In this document: positions 49,408-59,278 of the stretch, in pieces | How the letters are laid out: the number at the start of each line of letters is the position of its first letter | Numbering within the stretch: position 1 is the stretch's first letter | IMG/VR virus record: IMGVR_UViG_3300009701_000001 | Coordinates: 1 to 64,000 of that record | Reading direction: 5' to 3' (one strand) | Source: a virus | Length of the DNA stretch: 64,000 nt | Program-made: the position numbers and the translations under genes | The notes under the pieces: generated by a model | Seen by the model: the letters and a program-made list of their open reading frames with translations, nothing else | What the model was told of the DNA's origin: nothing | The model's database searches: none

Positions 49408-52024
49408 AGTACTTCTTAACCCCGTTAATAAGCGTAGTCTTGATTGTTTCAACGTCTGCTTGATTTGGGAGTGTTATACCGTGTGACCAGTTTGGATAGA
49501 AGATATCCAGATCAGCAGGTAGTGGTACACGAGGGTCAGCAATTTCTGGTAGACCCTTCCAAGCCATACATTCAACCAAGTTGTCATTGGCAAACTTAAT
49601 CACCTCTGGTTCAGCTTTGATTAAGAGATAGATTGCATCGTGGATCAGAGCTACTGGCATGATTTTATACTTGAACTCACTGGCCCATACACGGGACATA
49701 AATTCATTGGCAGCTCGGTTATTCAGAAGGCCGTAGGATTGTCCTGACACTGCGTTACCCAATGACCTTGCTTCGGCATCAGCTTCACGCAAAGTCCTGC
49801 GTGAGTTCATCTGGCACTTATGAAGCAATGGTGTACGAATGCGTAGACCAAATGCCCCAGTACCATATCCAATCTTACTGGCTTCATCGATTTTAGCTTT
49901 AACCCATGTACCCGAAACTGCATAGAGTTTATGGAAGTTATCTTCAATTTTCATGGCTTCGTCTTTGGAGAAACCACAGTTCTTAACCAGAGTTGCCCAT
50001 GTACCTAAATACTGTAAAGCAAATGAGATAGTCTTACTTGAAGATCGCTCTGCATCATTCTCATCTTTAATACGGTTTATGCCTTGTACTGTATTTGGAA
50101 GATGCTGAAACTTTTCAGGCCAGTAGGCATAGGTACGCATTGAGTGAGGATCGTAACCATCCGTAAAGACTTTAATCTTATTCGGGTCTTGGGTAAGCAA
50201 TGCATTAATACGGTCTTCCAGTGCGTTGAAGTCAGCACCACTGAATAACCAACCTGCTGGTGCAGAGAAGCATTTCTTCACCATTTTACCGTAGGTACTT
50301 CCGGCAGGAATGTTCTGGAGATTCGGATCAGACGAGCTGAGACGGCCTGAGAGAGTCCCTCCAAGGTTGAAGCTACCGTGGATATAGATACGCCCATTAC
50401 CTTTATTAAAACCAGCCTTGAAAGCAGGGATGAAGGAAGAGAGTATCTTTGAAACCTTGTTGTAACGGTTCAATGCTTTGAGTACACCTTTGCCACGATC
50501 CGTAGCATGGTTCTCAAGCTTCTCCAGAGTGTCAGCATCGGTAGATGGGTTACCTGCTTTAGTCTTTTCAATAATGGGTAATCCCATTACTTCATAGAGC
50601 AGCTGGCCCACTTGGTCATTACTGTTTGGATTGAATACAATATCTGCGAACTTTTCAATTGGATGTTGAAGAGTCTTGAGTGTTGCATTCTTTTTAACCA
50701 TTGCAGCATGACGCATTGAATGTTCTACCTTAGCCACTTCTGGCATTTGGGCAAGAACACTTGTGATACTGGTACTCAGATTTGATAGCTCACTTTCCAC
50801 TTTATATAACTCAATCGGATCAAGCGGCATACCCACTAATTCAATTTGAGTTATTACTTTCTGGCTTGGTAGGAACATCTCAACATACAACTGTTTCTGA
50901 TAGTCTTTAACCACTTTAGGCCAGTGCTTGTCATACACATACCATGTAGATAGACAGTCAATAATGTTGTACTGCAACAGTTCAGGTAAGGGGATCAGCA
51001 TGATATTTTTAATATCATCTTTTGCCCAGTTACCAGCAAATTCATGAGCCAAGGCTTTCAGCCCTAATTCATTACCTGCGGTACTATTAAGTGATAGATA
51101 GGCTACCAGACGGGTACAGTCCATATCCCGATACATAATATGCAAGCCTTCGAGCATACCTACATAATCCAGTGGATCCTTCATCCAAAGGTTGTAGATA
51201 AGTACTTTGATATCAAAGCCAGCTTTATGATATTTAAGATTACCTTTATACGTGGTAAAGAATTCACGTAACTGAATACGGAACCATTCATTAAAGAATC
51301 GTTCATTCTCCCCATTGGTAACACGCATATCACATGCAAATGCAACACCCCCTTCTTGGTTAGGGGCAAAGGCAATGGTACCAATACCTGCCTTAATGAA
51401 CTCAAGACTGAAAGTCTCTATGTCACAAGTAAGGGATGGGAAGGTATGCAGTTTCTCAAATGCTTTAAGAATCTCTGCGTGACTCTGGGGGTAATGTGCC
51501 CACTTGAGTACATCCTTGCCTGGTTCAGAAAAGGTGCCTCCCAGATAGCTACAGAGAGCATTAACGGTCAGGTTTAACTTCTCTTCGTTGTTGGGATTGT
51601 ATAGCAGTGTCTGGTAGTTAAGCCCCAGAATCACTGTCATATCTTCAAAGCCTTCAACAGAACAAGGAACGTGGTAACCAGCAAAACCTTCGGATTTCTT
51701 ACTTTTAGTAAGAGACTTAAAGTAATGTGAATCGGCACAGTAGATCGTCTTAACCCCCACTTTCTTGAGTGCTGGTAAGAGATTACTTAGGTAAGCCTTA
51801 CACAAGCCTGCGGGTGCTTTACCACTTGGGAGGTACTCAAGTGTGAACGCTACTACTTTTTTGGGATCGTAACCGGAACGGTAAAGAGGGGTTACATAAT
51901 GCTTTCGAATTTCAGATTCATAGAAAGCACTTTGTTTAATCAATACTGCAACTTCGTAGGAGGGTGAACCCCCATCAAATACAAGGTGACGCATATATGA
52001 CCTCTCTCGCCATAAAATTGCCAA
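49385..52024 (-). CDS. family A DNA polymerase with 3'-5' exonuclease domain (N4 gp39 homologue)
   Basis: 879 aa (TTG start in the track; ATG for MRHLVFDGG lies 10 codons in). Exo motifs LTCDIETFSL, YHKAGFDIKVL, YNIIDCLSTWY. Pol motifs: A = SGADFNALEDRI, B = RSSSKTISFALQYLG, C = ALIHDAIYLL. Confidence 0.9.
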   Translation of the reverse strand: MAILWRERSYMRHLVFDGGSPSYEVAVLIKQSAFYESEIRKHYVTPLYRSGYDPKKVVAFTLEYLPSGKAPAGLCKAYLSNLLPALKKVGVKTIYCADSHYFKSLTKSKKSEGFAGYHVPCSVEGFEDMTVILGLNYQTLLYNPNNEEKLNLTVNALCSYLGGTFSEPGKDVLKWAHYPQSHAEILKAFEKLHTFPSLTCDIETFSLEFIKAGIGTIAFAPNQEGGVAFACDMRVTNGENERFFNEWFRIQLREFFTTYKGNLKYHKAGFDIKVLIYNLWMKDPLDYVGMLEGLHIMYRDMDCTRLVAYLSLNSTAGNELGLKALAHEFAGNWAKDDIKNIMLIPLPELLQYNIIDCLSTWYVYDKHWPKVVKDYQKQLYVEMFLPSQKVITQIELVGMPLDPIELYKVESELSNLSTSITSVLAQMPEVAKVEHSMRHAAMVKKNATLKTLQHPIEKFADIVFNPNSNDQVGQLLYEVMGLPIIEKTKAGNPSTDADTLEKLENHATDRGKGVLKALNRYNKVSKILSSFIPAFKAGFNKGNGRIYIHGSFNLGGTLSGRLSSSDPNLQNIPAGSTYGKMVKKCFSAPAGWLFSGADFNALEDRINALLTQDPNKIKVFTDGYDPHSMRTYAYWPEKFQHLPNTVQGINRIKDENDAERSSSKTISFALQYLGTWATLVKNCGFSKDEAMKIEDNFHKLYAVSGTWVKAKIDEASKIGYGTGAFGLRIRTPLLHKCQMNSRRTLREADAEARSLGNAVSGQSYGLLNNRAANEFMSRVWASEFKYKIMPVALIHDAIYLLIKAEPEVIKFANDNLVECMAWKGLPEIADPRVPLPADLDIFYPNWSHGITLPNQADVETIKTTLINGVKKYYEKSPSK

Positions 52025-52048
52025 TTAAAAAAGGGCTGTTTCCAGCCC
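52022..52048 (-). terminator. hairpin terminator just upstream of the polymerase gene
   Basis: On the - strand: AGGGCTG-gaaa-CAGCCCT followed by TTTTTTAATT. Confidence 0.55.
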
Positions 52049-52398
52049 TATGGTTTACGCCTCTGTATCTTTCCATCTATAAGATTATCTAGATGGGCAT
52101 CAATAACTTGCCTAACAATTTGCCGGTCAAGCTCATGATAGTGAGACAGATCCCCATCCCATAAATAGCGGATGGTTTCTGCACGAATTGCATTGATACG
52201 TTTACCTCTTTCAAGGTACACAGCATCTAAAACTGCCCAGATAATCAGATTACCAAAATGGAAAACTGTCCAAGCCAGTAATGCAATTGCTGTGGGTAAC
52301 ACCACTTCATGATACCGTGTTACTCCCACATACCCACCCAGAAATCCCCAGATTAGAAAAGTCAGAGTTAGGTAAATTCGCCATTTCAGTTTAGTCAT
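52048..52398 (-). CDS. three-helix membrane protein
   Basis: 116 aa. Hydrophobic segments IYLTLTFLIWGFLGGYVGV, LPTAIALLAWTVFHFG and LIIWAVLDAV, then a soluble tail. Confidence 0.5.
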   Translation of the reverse strand: MTKLKWRIYLTLTFLIWGFLGGYVGVTRYHEVVLPTAIALLAWTVFHFGNLIIWAVLDAVYLERGKRINAIRAETIRYLWDGDLSHYHELDRQIVRQVIDAHLDNLIDGKIQRRKP

Positions 52399-52465
52399 AA
52401 TGACCCCCTTTAAAACTAGATTATGGGGTCATTATGTTAATACTGGAAGGGGTTTTATCTTAGAC

Positions 52466-54136
52466 TTACAACCAAGTCTTAAGTTTATCCCCGGTATCTT
52501 TAGGCAAGCCTAAAGCTTCCCAGCCTTTTTTCTTACGAGTTTTAAAGAGTGACAACTCTTGTGCTGCATCTTTCGTGTTAGCACGATTACCAGATGCTTT
52601 AGCTTCTTCAAAGAAGCCCCAGAGTTTCTTCGCTTCTTCACTGCTTGTCAGAGTAGTGGACACTTTCTTTTCCTTAAGCTTAGGGCTTGACTGCTTAGCC
52701 TTCTTCGCTTTTTTAGACTTAACCGTAGCAGCTTCTTTCTTCGGTTTGACTGGTTTAGCCACACCTTTAAGTTCTTCTGCTGTAACAGGATCACCAGTAA
52801 GACTGGTCTCATTAAAACCTTTTACATCCAGTGATTGGTTGGTAGGTTCTAATACAGTGTTTTCAAATTCTTGGACATTAATACTACCTGATTCAATGTC
52901 TTCGATTTTGAGTCCTGCCCCTTTCTGTCCGGTAATTTCAACCTTCTGGATTACCTCAGTATGCAAACCACGAAGAATGCGGTTCAATACCTGTGCACCT
53001 TCTGCATCGCACTTATCCAGAAGTCCTCCCCCGTTTACCCATTTTCTGTGTACAGAATTGAGTACATGTACAATTTTATAACCACATACACGCATCTTAG
53101 TTACACTGTACTGGGGAACAGCAATAACATCCTCTGGGGCAACTTTACCAATAATAGTTACATCACCTGAGAAAGATCTGATGTAGTCTTGAGTTGCAAC
53201 ATGTAACCCATTAGAACAATCCTGAGTACGGTTGGGGTCTACCAATTCTTCTGCCATAAAGACATGGCTACCCAGCTTTTGTTTAACGTTACCGGAGTGT
53301 ACGTCAACAAAATGATTCCCCTGTTTGTTTAGTCGTTTGTAGATGACAATTGAACCATCATCTGCAATAGGCATATTGCCCTTTTCCATAAACTTAAGTA
53401 GGTCTTCTACTGAGTGACGACGTTTATCTACCACAGACATAATGCGGTCCATAAACGCATCAAAGCCTTTGAAGTCTTTCAGCCGTGAGGCTTCCTTCAA
53501 AGTACTGTGAAGCTTCTGGATATCAGGAATAATCTTGCCATCTTTAACGGCTACGATTGTTTCCTTTTTCTCATCCAGATCCTTGTGGAATTCAGGACTT
53601 TCAGTACCCACACCAGAATTAACTAAAGCATCTAATTTCTTACTTGCTTCGGCAATTTTCTCGTCGTTACTCATAACAACTGGTTTAACAGATTGAGAGA
53701 TACCTACACTGCTTTCCACTTTAGGAACAAGGTCAGACCCCTCCACTTGTAGATTTCCGAGGACTTCCGGCGTAGGTAAACTTTCTACTACTTCTGGGGT
53801 ATTTGGTTTGGTATCCCCCTCAAGGAATTCCATAACTTTTTTACGGGCCAGACGGAAGAACTTAGTAATGCCACGGCTATGTGACTCATATTCACTATAG
53901 CCAACTTTAGGAGGGACAGGGTAAGCCAGGTCAACTTCAACGGGTTGTTTAGCCAGTAATGACGCACGAGACTTCTCAATAATTGCAGGGCCACGAATGT
54001 CATTTACTTGCATCACGTAACGCGTACCATCCTGCTTATACAGGGTGATATAGGTCGGTGTGACTACGATAGCAATAATCGTAATTTTACTTTCTTGGTT
54101 TTGTTCAGTCATTTTCATTCCCATGCTTAAGTGCAC
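52466..54136 (-). CDS. rIIB: rIIB-like protein (positional call)
   Basis: 556 aa directly downstream of the rIIA-like gene. The probable ATG (MTEQ, near 54112) overlaps the rIIA stop. N4-like phages carry an rIIA/rIIB-like pair at this position. Lys-rich C-terminal tail. Confidence 0.45.
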   Translation of the reverse strand: MHLSMGMKMTEQNQESKITIIAIVVTPTYITLYKQDGTRYVMQVNDIRGPAIIEKSRASLLAKQPVEVDLAYPVPPKVGYSEYESHSRGITKFFRLARKKVMEFLEGDTKPNTPEVVESLPTPEVLGNLQVEGSDLVPKVESSVGISQSVKPVVMSNDEKIAEASKKLDALVNSGVGTESPEFHKDLDEKKETIVAVKDGKIIPDIQKLHSTLKEASRLKDFKGFDAFMDRIMSVVDKRRHSVEDLLKFMEKGNMPIADDGSIVIYKRLNKQGNHFVDVHSGNVKQKLGSHVFMAEELVDPNRTQDCSNGLHVATQDYIRSFSGDVTIIGKVAPEDVIAVPQYSVTKMRVCGYKIVHVLNSVHRKWVNGGGLLDKCDAEGAQVLNRILRGLHTEVIQKVEITGQKGAGLKIEDIESGSINVQEFENTVLEPTNQSLDVKGFNETSLTGDPVTAEELKGVAKPVKPKKEAATVKSKKAKKAKQSSPKLKEKKVSTTLTSSEEAKKLWGFFEEAKASGNRANTKDAAQELSLFKTRKKKGWEALGLPKDTGDKLKTWL

Positions 54137-56558
54137 TTAAGATAAGAGATTTTACGAGCGGGATTCGCCCAGGATAAGCCTCCATCACATCAATTAACCC
54201 ATCAATGGATAACTGACGGATGATAGGATCTTTTTGAATTTTACGGATATTAGTTACCCAACTTGTTTTGGGTAAATTTTTAGCCATAGTATTAATTACT
54301 TTGTCTGCTTCCACAGAAGTACATAAGCCGTTTTCTGCCGCATTAAGCATCATTTGATCTGATACTTTAGAAATTAAAAATTCAAAGTAAGGGTTGGTAG
54401 AAAGTTTTGGATTACCCTTAATGGATACCCCTGCTTTCTCTATTATAGCCAGTGTTTCATCTTGAATGCGGTGTACATCAAAGAGATCATCCAAACGTCC
54501 TTTACTCTTATAGAGTTGAAACTCTTTAGAGAGTAGATCTGGAAGTACTCGCTTAAACATATATTCCTGTATAGTTATAGCACCACGGTGAATAGCCTTA
54601 TTCTTCTCTATCCCGTTGGTTACCCATACACCCAGCTTTAGTTCCTCTGGTTCTAAATTGCCCAATGAATCAAACCATTTATACTGTTCAATACCGTTTA
54701 GAGTACCTTCTATATAAAATACAGGTTTGTCATTAATAACTTCTGGCATATGTTTAAATTCACCTACCGATGCCAGACTACTTATTCTAGATTCAATCAT
54801 ACCTGATAGAACTTCGAGAGACCGAAGTTGGTTAGGTGATTTATCCTTAATTACAACTTTTTTCTCTTTCTTTTGACGTACTTGACTATCCCATTCGAAT
54901 CTCTGGGTTAAATCAATAACTGTATAGCCCAGAGATACTAAATGCTCTTTAGTATCCTTTTGTATGCCTGTGTTTTTAATAAACACAGCATGTTTCAAAC
55001 GAAGTTTAGAATGTTGAGAGTGAAGATGTTGTTGATGGTCAATAAATGATTTAGACGCACCTTCAATACGATCCCCAATATAAACTATTGGATTTAAATA
55101 CCATTGTGCTACGCTCTTAAAATCAAAATGATTATGTACGTTAGCACTAAAGTTTTTAAAATTACTTGGGGTATTTTGAATTGCACTCATAAAACGAATA
55201 CTGGATATATCAACACCTGTACGATTAAGGATTTTACATACTGGTTTGTACATCAAATCTCTTAAAATCCTTAATTGCTTTGTAGATGAATCACGAGTGC
55301 TTTTATGCTTTTTAAGTGTCCTCTCAACAAGTTGTAACTTACGATTATTTGTATTTTTATCAAATTGCCACTCAGTTAATGCAGCTTTAACTTCAAGATT
55401 ACGGAAGTGATTTTTCCAATGTTTGCGATAATCATTACCATAGCTAGAATTTAAATAGCGGCCAACCATACCCACACGTTCTAGTAGAGTATCCCACTCG
55501 TAGTAAGAATACTGACCACGGGAATGTTTTTTGAGGAATTGAATTAAATCTTGTGTTGCTTGAGGAATCTTTGCTTTGATATCCGATTCCAAGTTATTAA
55601 CAAGGTCAACACAAAGTTGTGTAATACCATCATCAGTCATTTGCTGGCTGGACAAAGCTTCACGGTTTGGGGTTAAAGCCAGAGTCCCTGCTTCTGCCTG
55701 AATAACAATACGATCGATACCAAGTACCCGCATAAACTTATTAATAAGTTCAATAGCAGGTGCAGTCTTAGTAGAGATCAATGCAGGATAGATTACATTA
55801 GCGTAACGGATAAAGACTGAATGGTTACCCATATGATGGAAATACCATGAATTAGATTTAGATGAAAAATCAACTTCATAGCTACCAGATTCAAAGGACA
55901 TACCCATAGTAGGTAATTCCGTTTCTTCACTCATTCCCATAGAAGCATTCTTGAATAAAACTTTCATCTCACCGTGCAGAGTAATAGCTCGGATATAACG
56001 ACATAATTCATGCATATCAGAATGACGGATTGGGATAGAAACAGTAACACCCGATTCGGTAGTTGGCATGGAAACAATAGGAACAATACCTGGTTTTCCC
56101 CCAGTCTCCAGAGAAGCTTTATTCATCTGGTAAACTGTCTTTTCCCCTGCATTACATACAGTCACAGTAAAACTGTCTGTGTATGAAAAGGGTGACTTAG
56201 AACCTAAACCGAAACCACCAGTGGCTTTGGTATCATTACGTTTAGTTGATGCACCATAGGTACCGTACACTTCACCAATCCGGTCTCGTGGGATACCCAG
56301 ACCAAAGTCTTGAATGTGTAATTCGTTATACTCATCGATCCATACTTTAATATGGGTATCAGTTTTACCTGCATCAATATGGGCATCCCATGCATTACAC
56401 AGAGGCTCACGGATAATAGCTAGGTTAGGGTTTGAATACAGGGTAGCAGAAAGCATATGCATGAAGGATGCATCACTGGTGATCCCAAACTCAATGGCTT
56501 CACCAACATTACCGATGGTTGCAGAGTTAGCGAGGTCTTTTGCGTTTGATACTTGCAT
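54105..56558 (-). CDS. rIIA: rIIA-like protein with N-terminal GHKL (Bergerat) ATPase fold
   Basis: 817 aa. N box REPLCNAWDAH, G1 box IQDFGLGI, G2 box TGGFGLGSKSPF. Size matches phage rIIA proteins. Confidence 0.75.
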   Translation of the reverse strand: MQVSNAKDLANSATIGNVGEAIEFGITSDASFMHMLSATLYSNPNLAIIREPLCNAWDAHIDAGKTDTHIKVWIDEYNELHIQDFGLGIPRDRIGEVYGTYGASTKRNDTKATGGFGLGSKSPFSYTDSFTVTVCNAGEKTVYQMNKASLETGGKPGIVPIVSMPTTESGVTVSIPIRHSDMHELCRYIRAITLHGEMKVLFKNASMGMSEETELPTMGMSFESGSYEVDFSSKSNSWYFHHMGNHSVFIRYANVIYPALISTKTAPAIELINKFMRVLGIDRIVIQAEAGTLALTPNREALSSQQMTDDGITQLCVDLVNNLESDIKAKIPQATQDLIQFLKKHSRGQYSYYEWDTLLERVGMVGRYLNSSYGNDYRKHWKNHFRNLEVKAALTEWQFDKNTNNRKLQLVERTLKKHKSTRDSSTKQLRILRDLMYKPVCKILNRTGVDISSIRFMSAIQNTPSNFKNFSANVHNHFDFKSVAQWYLNPIVYIGDRIEGASKSFIDHQQHLHSQHSKLRLKHAVFIKNTGIQKDTKEHLVSLGYTVIDLTQRFEWDSQVRQKKEKKVVIKDKSPNQLRSLEVLSGMIESRISSLASVGEFKHMPEVINDKPVFYIEGTLNGIEQYKWFDSLGNLEPEELKLGVWVTNGIEKNKAIHRGAITIQEYMFKRVLPDLLSKEFQLYKSKGRLDDLFDVHRIQDETLAIIEKAGVSIKGNPKLSTNPYFEFLISKVSDQMMLNAAENGLCTSVEADKVINTMAKNLPKTSWVTNIRKIQKDPIIRQLSIDGLIDVMEAYPGRIPLVKSLILSALKHGNEND

Positions 56559-56627
56559 TTTGGGTTACCTAAATAAATGATTTGGGGTAGATACCTACCA
56601 AGTAGGTAGCTGGCCGAAACCAGCTAA

Positions 56628-56972
56628 TTAATGTGTCTTACAGAATCCACGATAGCCACCGAAGTCTCCCGGCTTATGCCGGTGAATACCTTTCTGGTTA
56701 TCGGAGATTGTGCGTACACGATGTTGAGTGAGGTTTAGATCAAGTGCAGTTTGACGTTGAGAGTGTGTCTTGAGGTACTCAATTACACTGGCTTCCTGTT
56801 CAGCTTGTATACGCCAACGTTCTTCACGAAAGCCATAACAAGTGATGGCACCATCTACAGCATAGTATGTCTTGCCCATAAGTTTCGCTATGTCAGCTAC
56901 CTTACGACGGACTACACAATACTCATGTTGTAGACGATCCAAGTCCTCTCTTGGCCATAAAATTTTACCCAT
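56628..56972 (-). CDS. hypothetical protein with two helix-turn-helix-like segments
   Basis: 114 aa. RKVADIAKLMGKTYYAVDGAI and QRQTALDLNLTQHRVRTI resemble HTH units. Confidence 0.35.
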   Translation of the reverse strand: MGKILWPREDLDRLQHEYCVVRRKVADIAKLMGKTYYAVDGAITCYGFREERWRIQAEQEASVIEYLKTHSQRQTALDLNLTQHRVRTISDNQKGIHRHKPGDFGGYRGFCKTH

Positions 56973-56974
56973 TG

Positions 56975-57325
56975 TTATGCACCTTTGGGCAACTTACCGG
57001 CCATAGCTTGTAGGACAAATACAGCAAGGTCTGAGGCTTGATCGTCAGATACAGGGTCATTGTATGCACCCAAAGCTAAGTGACCTTCCTCGTCCCATTC
57101 ATCCAACATACGTTGGACTTCTGCTAAGCCAGCTTGAACCATTTCCTGCGTTGGTTCATTGAATAGCTTTTCCAGCTGCTCAACACGGCTTACCAAAGCA
57201 AAAATAAGGCCATCACCAGAAAGGTCACGCCATTTCTCACCAAATCGACGAGCGTGAAAGTTAGTACCATTATCATGGCTAACTTCGTACTTACCATTTT
57301 CCAGGATTACTTTAGTAGTGGTCAT
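56975..57325 (-). CDS. hypothetical protein
   Basis: 116-aa ORF, 2 nt from the downstream gene. Confidence 0.4.
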   Translation of the reverse strand: MTTTKVILENGKYEVSHDNGTNFHARRFGEKWRDLSGDGLIFALVSRVEQLEKLFNEPTQEMVQAGLAEVQRMLDEWDEEGHLALGAYNDPVSDDQASDLAVFVLQAMAGKLPKGA

Positions 57326-57338
57326 TCGACCTCCTCTA

Positions 57339-57842
57339 TTAACGAATGTTTAGAGATTCAAGAAGCATATCTTCATAAAGACGTTGGATATGTTTCTCGT
57401 AATTTTTATTAAAGATAATAATAGTTTCTTCCGAGATTTTGGGTTCTTCAATCCAAACAGCGGGTAATATAAAAGGCTCTATAAAACAATGAATTTGTTC
57501 AGGTAAAAGAACTTTTAAATCTCCTACAATTTCTATTGAATTACATGCGGCTCGTATTACTGTTGCAAATCGTGCACGTCTTATCCCTGTAGTATCCAAA
57601 TAATCTTGGTATACAGGGATAAACCATTCTGCAACTGAGGAAGGTAAAGCCCTTGCTCTAATTGAGTCAGATGCTTTGTAATAAAAGTCAAGAATACTAA
57701 AGCCATGTTCCGCTATATCAGGTGAAATTAGTACTGCTTCCTCATATGCTCTTTGTGCTTTAGCTTCAAATTCTATCTTCGCTTTTTCTACAAATTTACT
57801 ACTGGCACTGGTAATTATGCGGTTAAAATCAGGGTGCCTCAT
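57339..57842 (-). CDS. hypothetical protein
   Basis: 167-aa ORF. Its start overlaps the helicase stop (ATGA-type coupling). Confidence 0.4.
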   Translation of the reverse strand: MRHPDFNRIITSASSKFVEKAKIEFEAKAQRAYEEAVLISPDIAEHGFSILDFYYKASDSIRARALPSSVAEWFIPVYQDYLDTTGIRRARFATVIRAACNSIEIVGDLKVLLPEQIHCFIEPFILPAVWIEEPKISEETIIIFNKNYEKHIQRLYEDMLLESLNIR

Positions 57843-59248
57843 TGAATGTCCCCTGTCATAATTACCTGCATACGTGCACGACTGAAACCTACGTAAAGCA
57901 TACGCATTTTCTGATCATAATCACGGCAGTGGTTAATATCACCTAAGTCAATAAAGACTCTACGGAAAGTGGAACCCTGAGCTTTATAGACAGTTGATCC
58001 ATATACAGGTCTAAAGTCTACCCAAGTGTCCTTAACCCTTTCAAACTCAGACCTTAACTCAAACATTTCTTGTGAAGGAATAGAACCTATCTCCACAAGT
58101 TTTTTACGTAAACGTTCAGTCATACGACTTTTTATAGTGCGGTCTTCGGGCAAGAAGTAAGGCATTGAAGGGTTACCTGTAATTGCTGAAAAACTGCCCG
58201 GAGGATTTTTATCAGTCCAGATATGAAACCCATTAATAGTTTTACCATCAACGGTTATTACAACTTCTTTAACTTCTTTAATTAATACCAGTCGGTCTGT
58301 TCCAATTGCAGGGCATTGTTTATTACCAGAAATGTATGCATTATTTATGGCATACTCTCCTGCTTTCAAATTTACAGTGTTATGCACCTGAGCATAAATA
58401 AGACTATTGAAATAGTTAACAGTCTTATTTCGGAAAGCCAGAAACTTACTGGTGTGGTACTCCCATTTAGGATCAGTCATATCCTTAAGCAGGAGTTCCT
58501 CAAACTTTGGGCGATCTACCCAGATAATATGCTTCTGGTCAATATGACCTTCTGGAATACGTTCCCCAGCAAGAATAGCAGCACGCAAACGTAATGAGAC
58601 AGCTTGGATAGGATTACCATCAGATTGACGCATAATCTGTGTCAGACTGGCTTCTGGTATATCCATCGTAAATACTGGCATCTCAAAGTTTGTGATTTTG
58701 TACTGCTTAATTGCTGCTATTACTTCTGGTTTAAGAAGTAAGTTTTCGTACTCATCAGGATCAGATGCGGTCTTGCATTGTGCTGAATCCCCCATGAAGA
58801 TCACTTTGCATGAATCTGTAGTCTTTTGGAGGATATGCATAAAGAGAGGTAAATCAATATAGCTACTCTCATCAACAAAGATGATTGTGTTATATACCAA
58901 TTCAAGTGGACGACTACTTACAAGAATATCCTTCATTGTTTTGGGATCTTCTTGAATCACTAACCGTAGTTCGCTATGGATAGTTTTTACTTCGGTACCC
59001 ACAGCTTGTTCTAAAGCCTCTGCTGCTTTATTCGTTGTTGCAGTCATACGAATGGCACGCGTGTCCACAGGCAGCTGGAGGCTTTCATTAAGGCGGTTTA
59101 AATTACGAAGCCGTTCAGTAAAGTGGCGAACAACAGTTGTTTTACCCACACCTGCTGGCCCAACCAGTCTCATGAAACGGCCCGGTTTGCTCATTACAAA
59201 ATCAACCATCATATCGATGGCTGCATCCTGACCTTTATTAAGTTGCAT
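57839..59248 (-). CDS. SF1 DNA helicase, RecD/Dda-like (N4 gp37 position)
   Basis: 469 aa. Walker A LVGPAGVGKTTV, Walker B IIFVDESSYI, FMGDSAQC, C-terminal STVYKAQGSTF and LYVGFSRAR. Confidence 0.8.
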   Translation of the reverse strand: MQLNKGQDAAIDMMVDFVMSKPGRFMRLVGPAGVGKTTVVRHFTERLRNLNRLNESLQLPVDTRAIRMTATTNKAAEALEQAVGTEVKTIHSELRLVIQEDPKTMKDILVSSRPLELVYNTIIFVDESSYIDLPLFMHILQKTTDSCKVIFMGDSAQCKTASDPDEYENLLLKPEVIAAIKQYKITNFEMPVFTMDIPEASLTQIMRQSDGNPIQAVSLRLRAAILAGERIPEGHIDQKHIIWVDRPKFEELLLKDMTDPKWEYHTSKFLAFRNKTVNYFNSLIYAQVHNTVNLKAGEYAINNAYISGNKQCPAIGTDRLVLIKEVKEVVITVDGKTINGFHIWTDKNPPGSFSAITGNPSMPYFLPEDRTIKSRMTERLRKKLVEIGSIPSQEMFELRSEFERVKDTWVDFRPVYGSTVYKAQGSTFRRVFIDLGDINHCRDYDQKMRMLYVGFSRARMQVIMTGDIQ

Positions 59249-59278
59249 GGTTTTCCCTGTAGGGAGCCAAGCCCCCTA

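Noticed and set aside
52370-52390. Apparent one-base disagreement between my hand translation and the supplied translation of 52048..52398. A matching 1-nt offset appears at the polymerase start near 52022.
   Set aside because: The supplied ORFs are contiguous machine translations, so this is most likely my miscounting of a C run rather than a frameshift or recoding site. It is the reason for the 1-2 nt caveat on hand-derived coordinates.
52575-53081. 168-aa + strand ORF
   Set aside because: It is antisense to the rIIB-like gene with Ser/Leu/Phe-rich shadow composition. The same applies to 59402..59824, 43687..44067 (an alternative frame in the tailspike), 7713..8090, 16166..16504 and 62528..62878.
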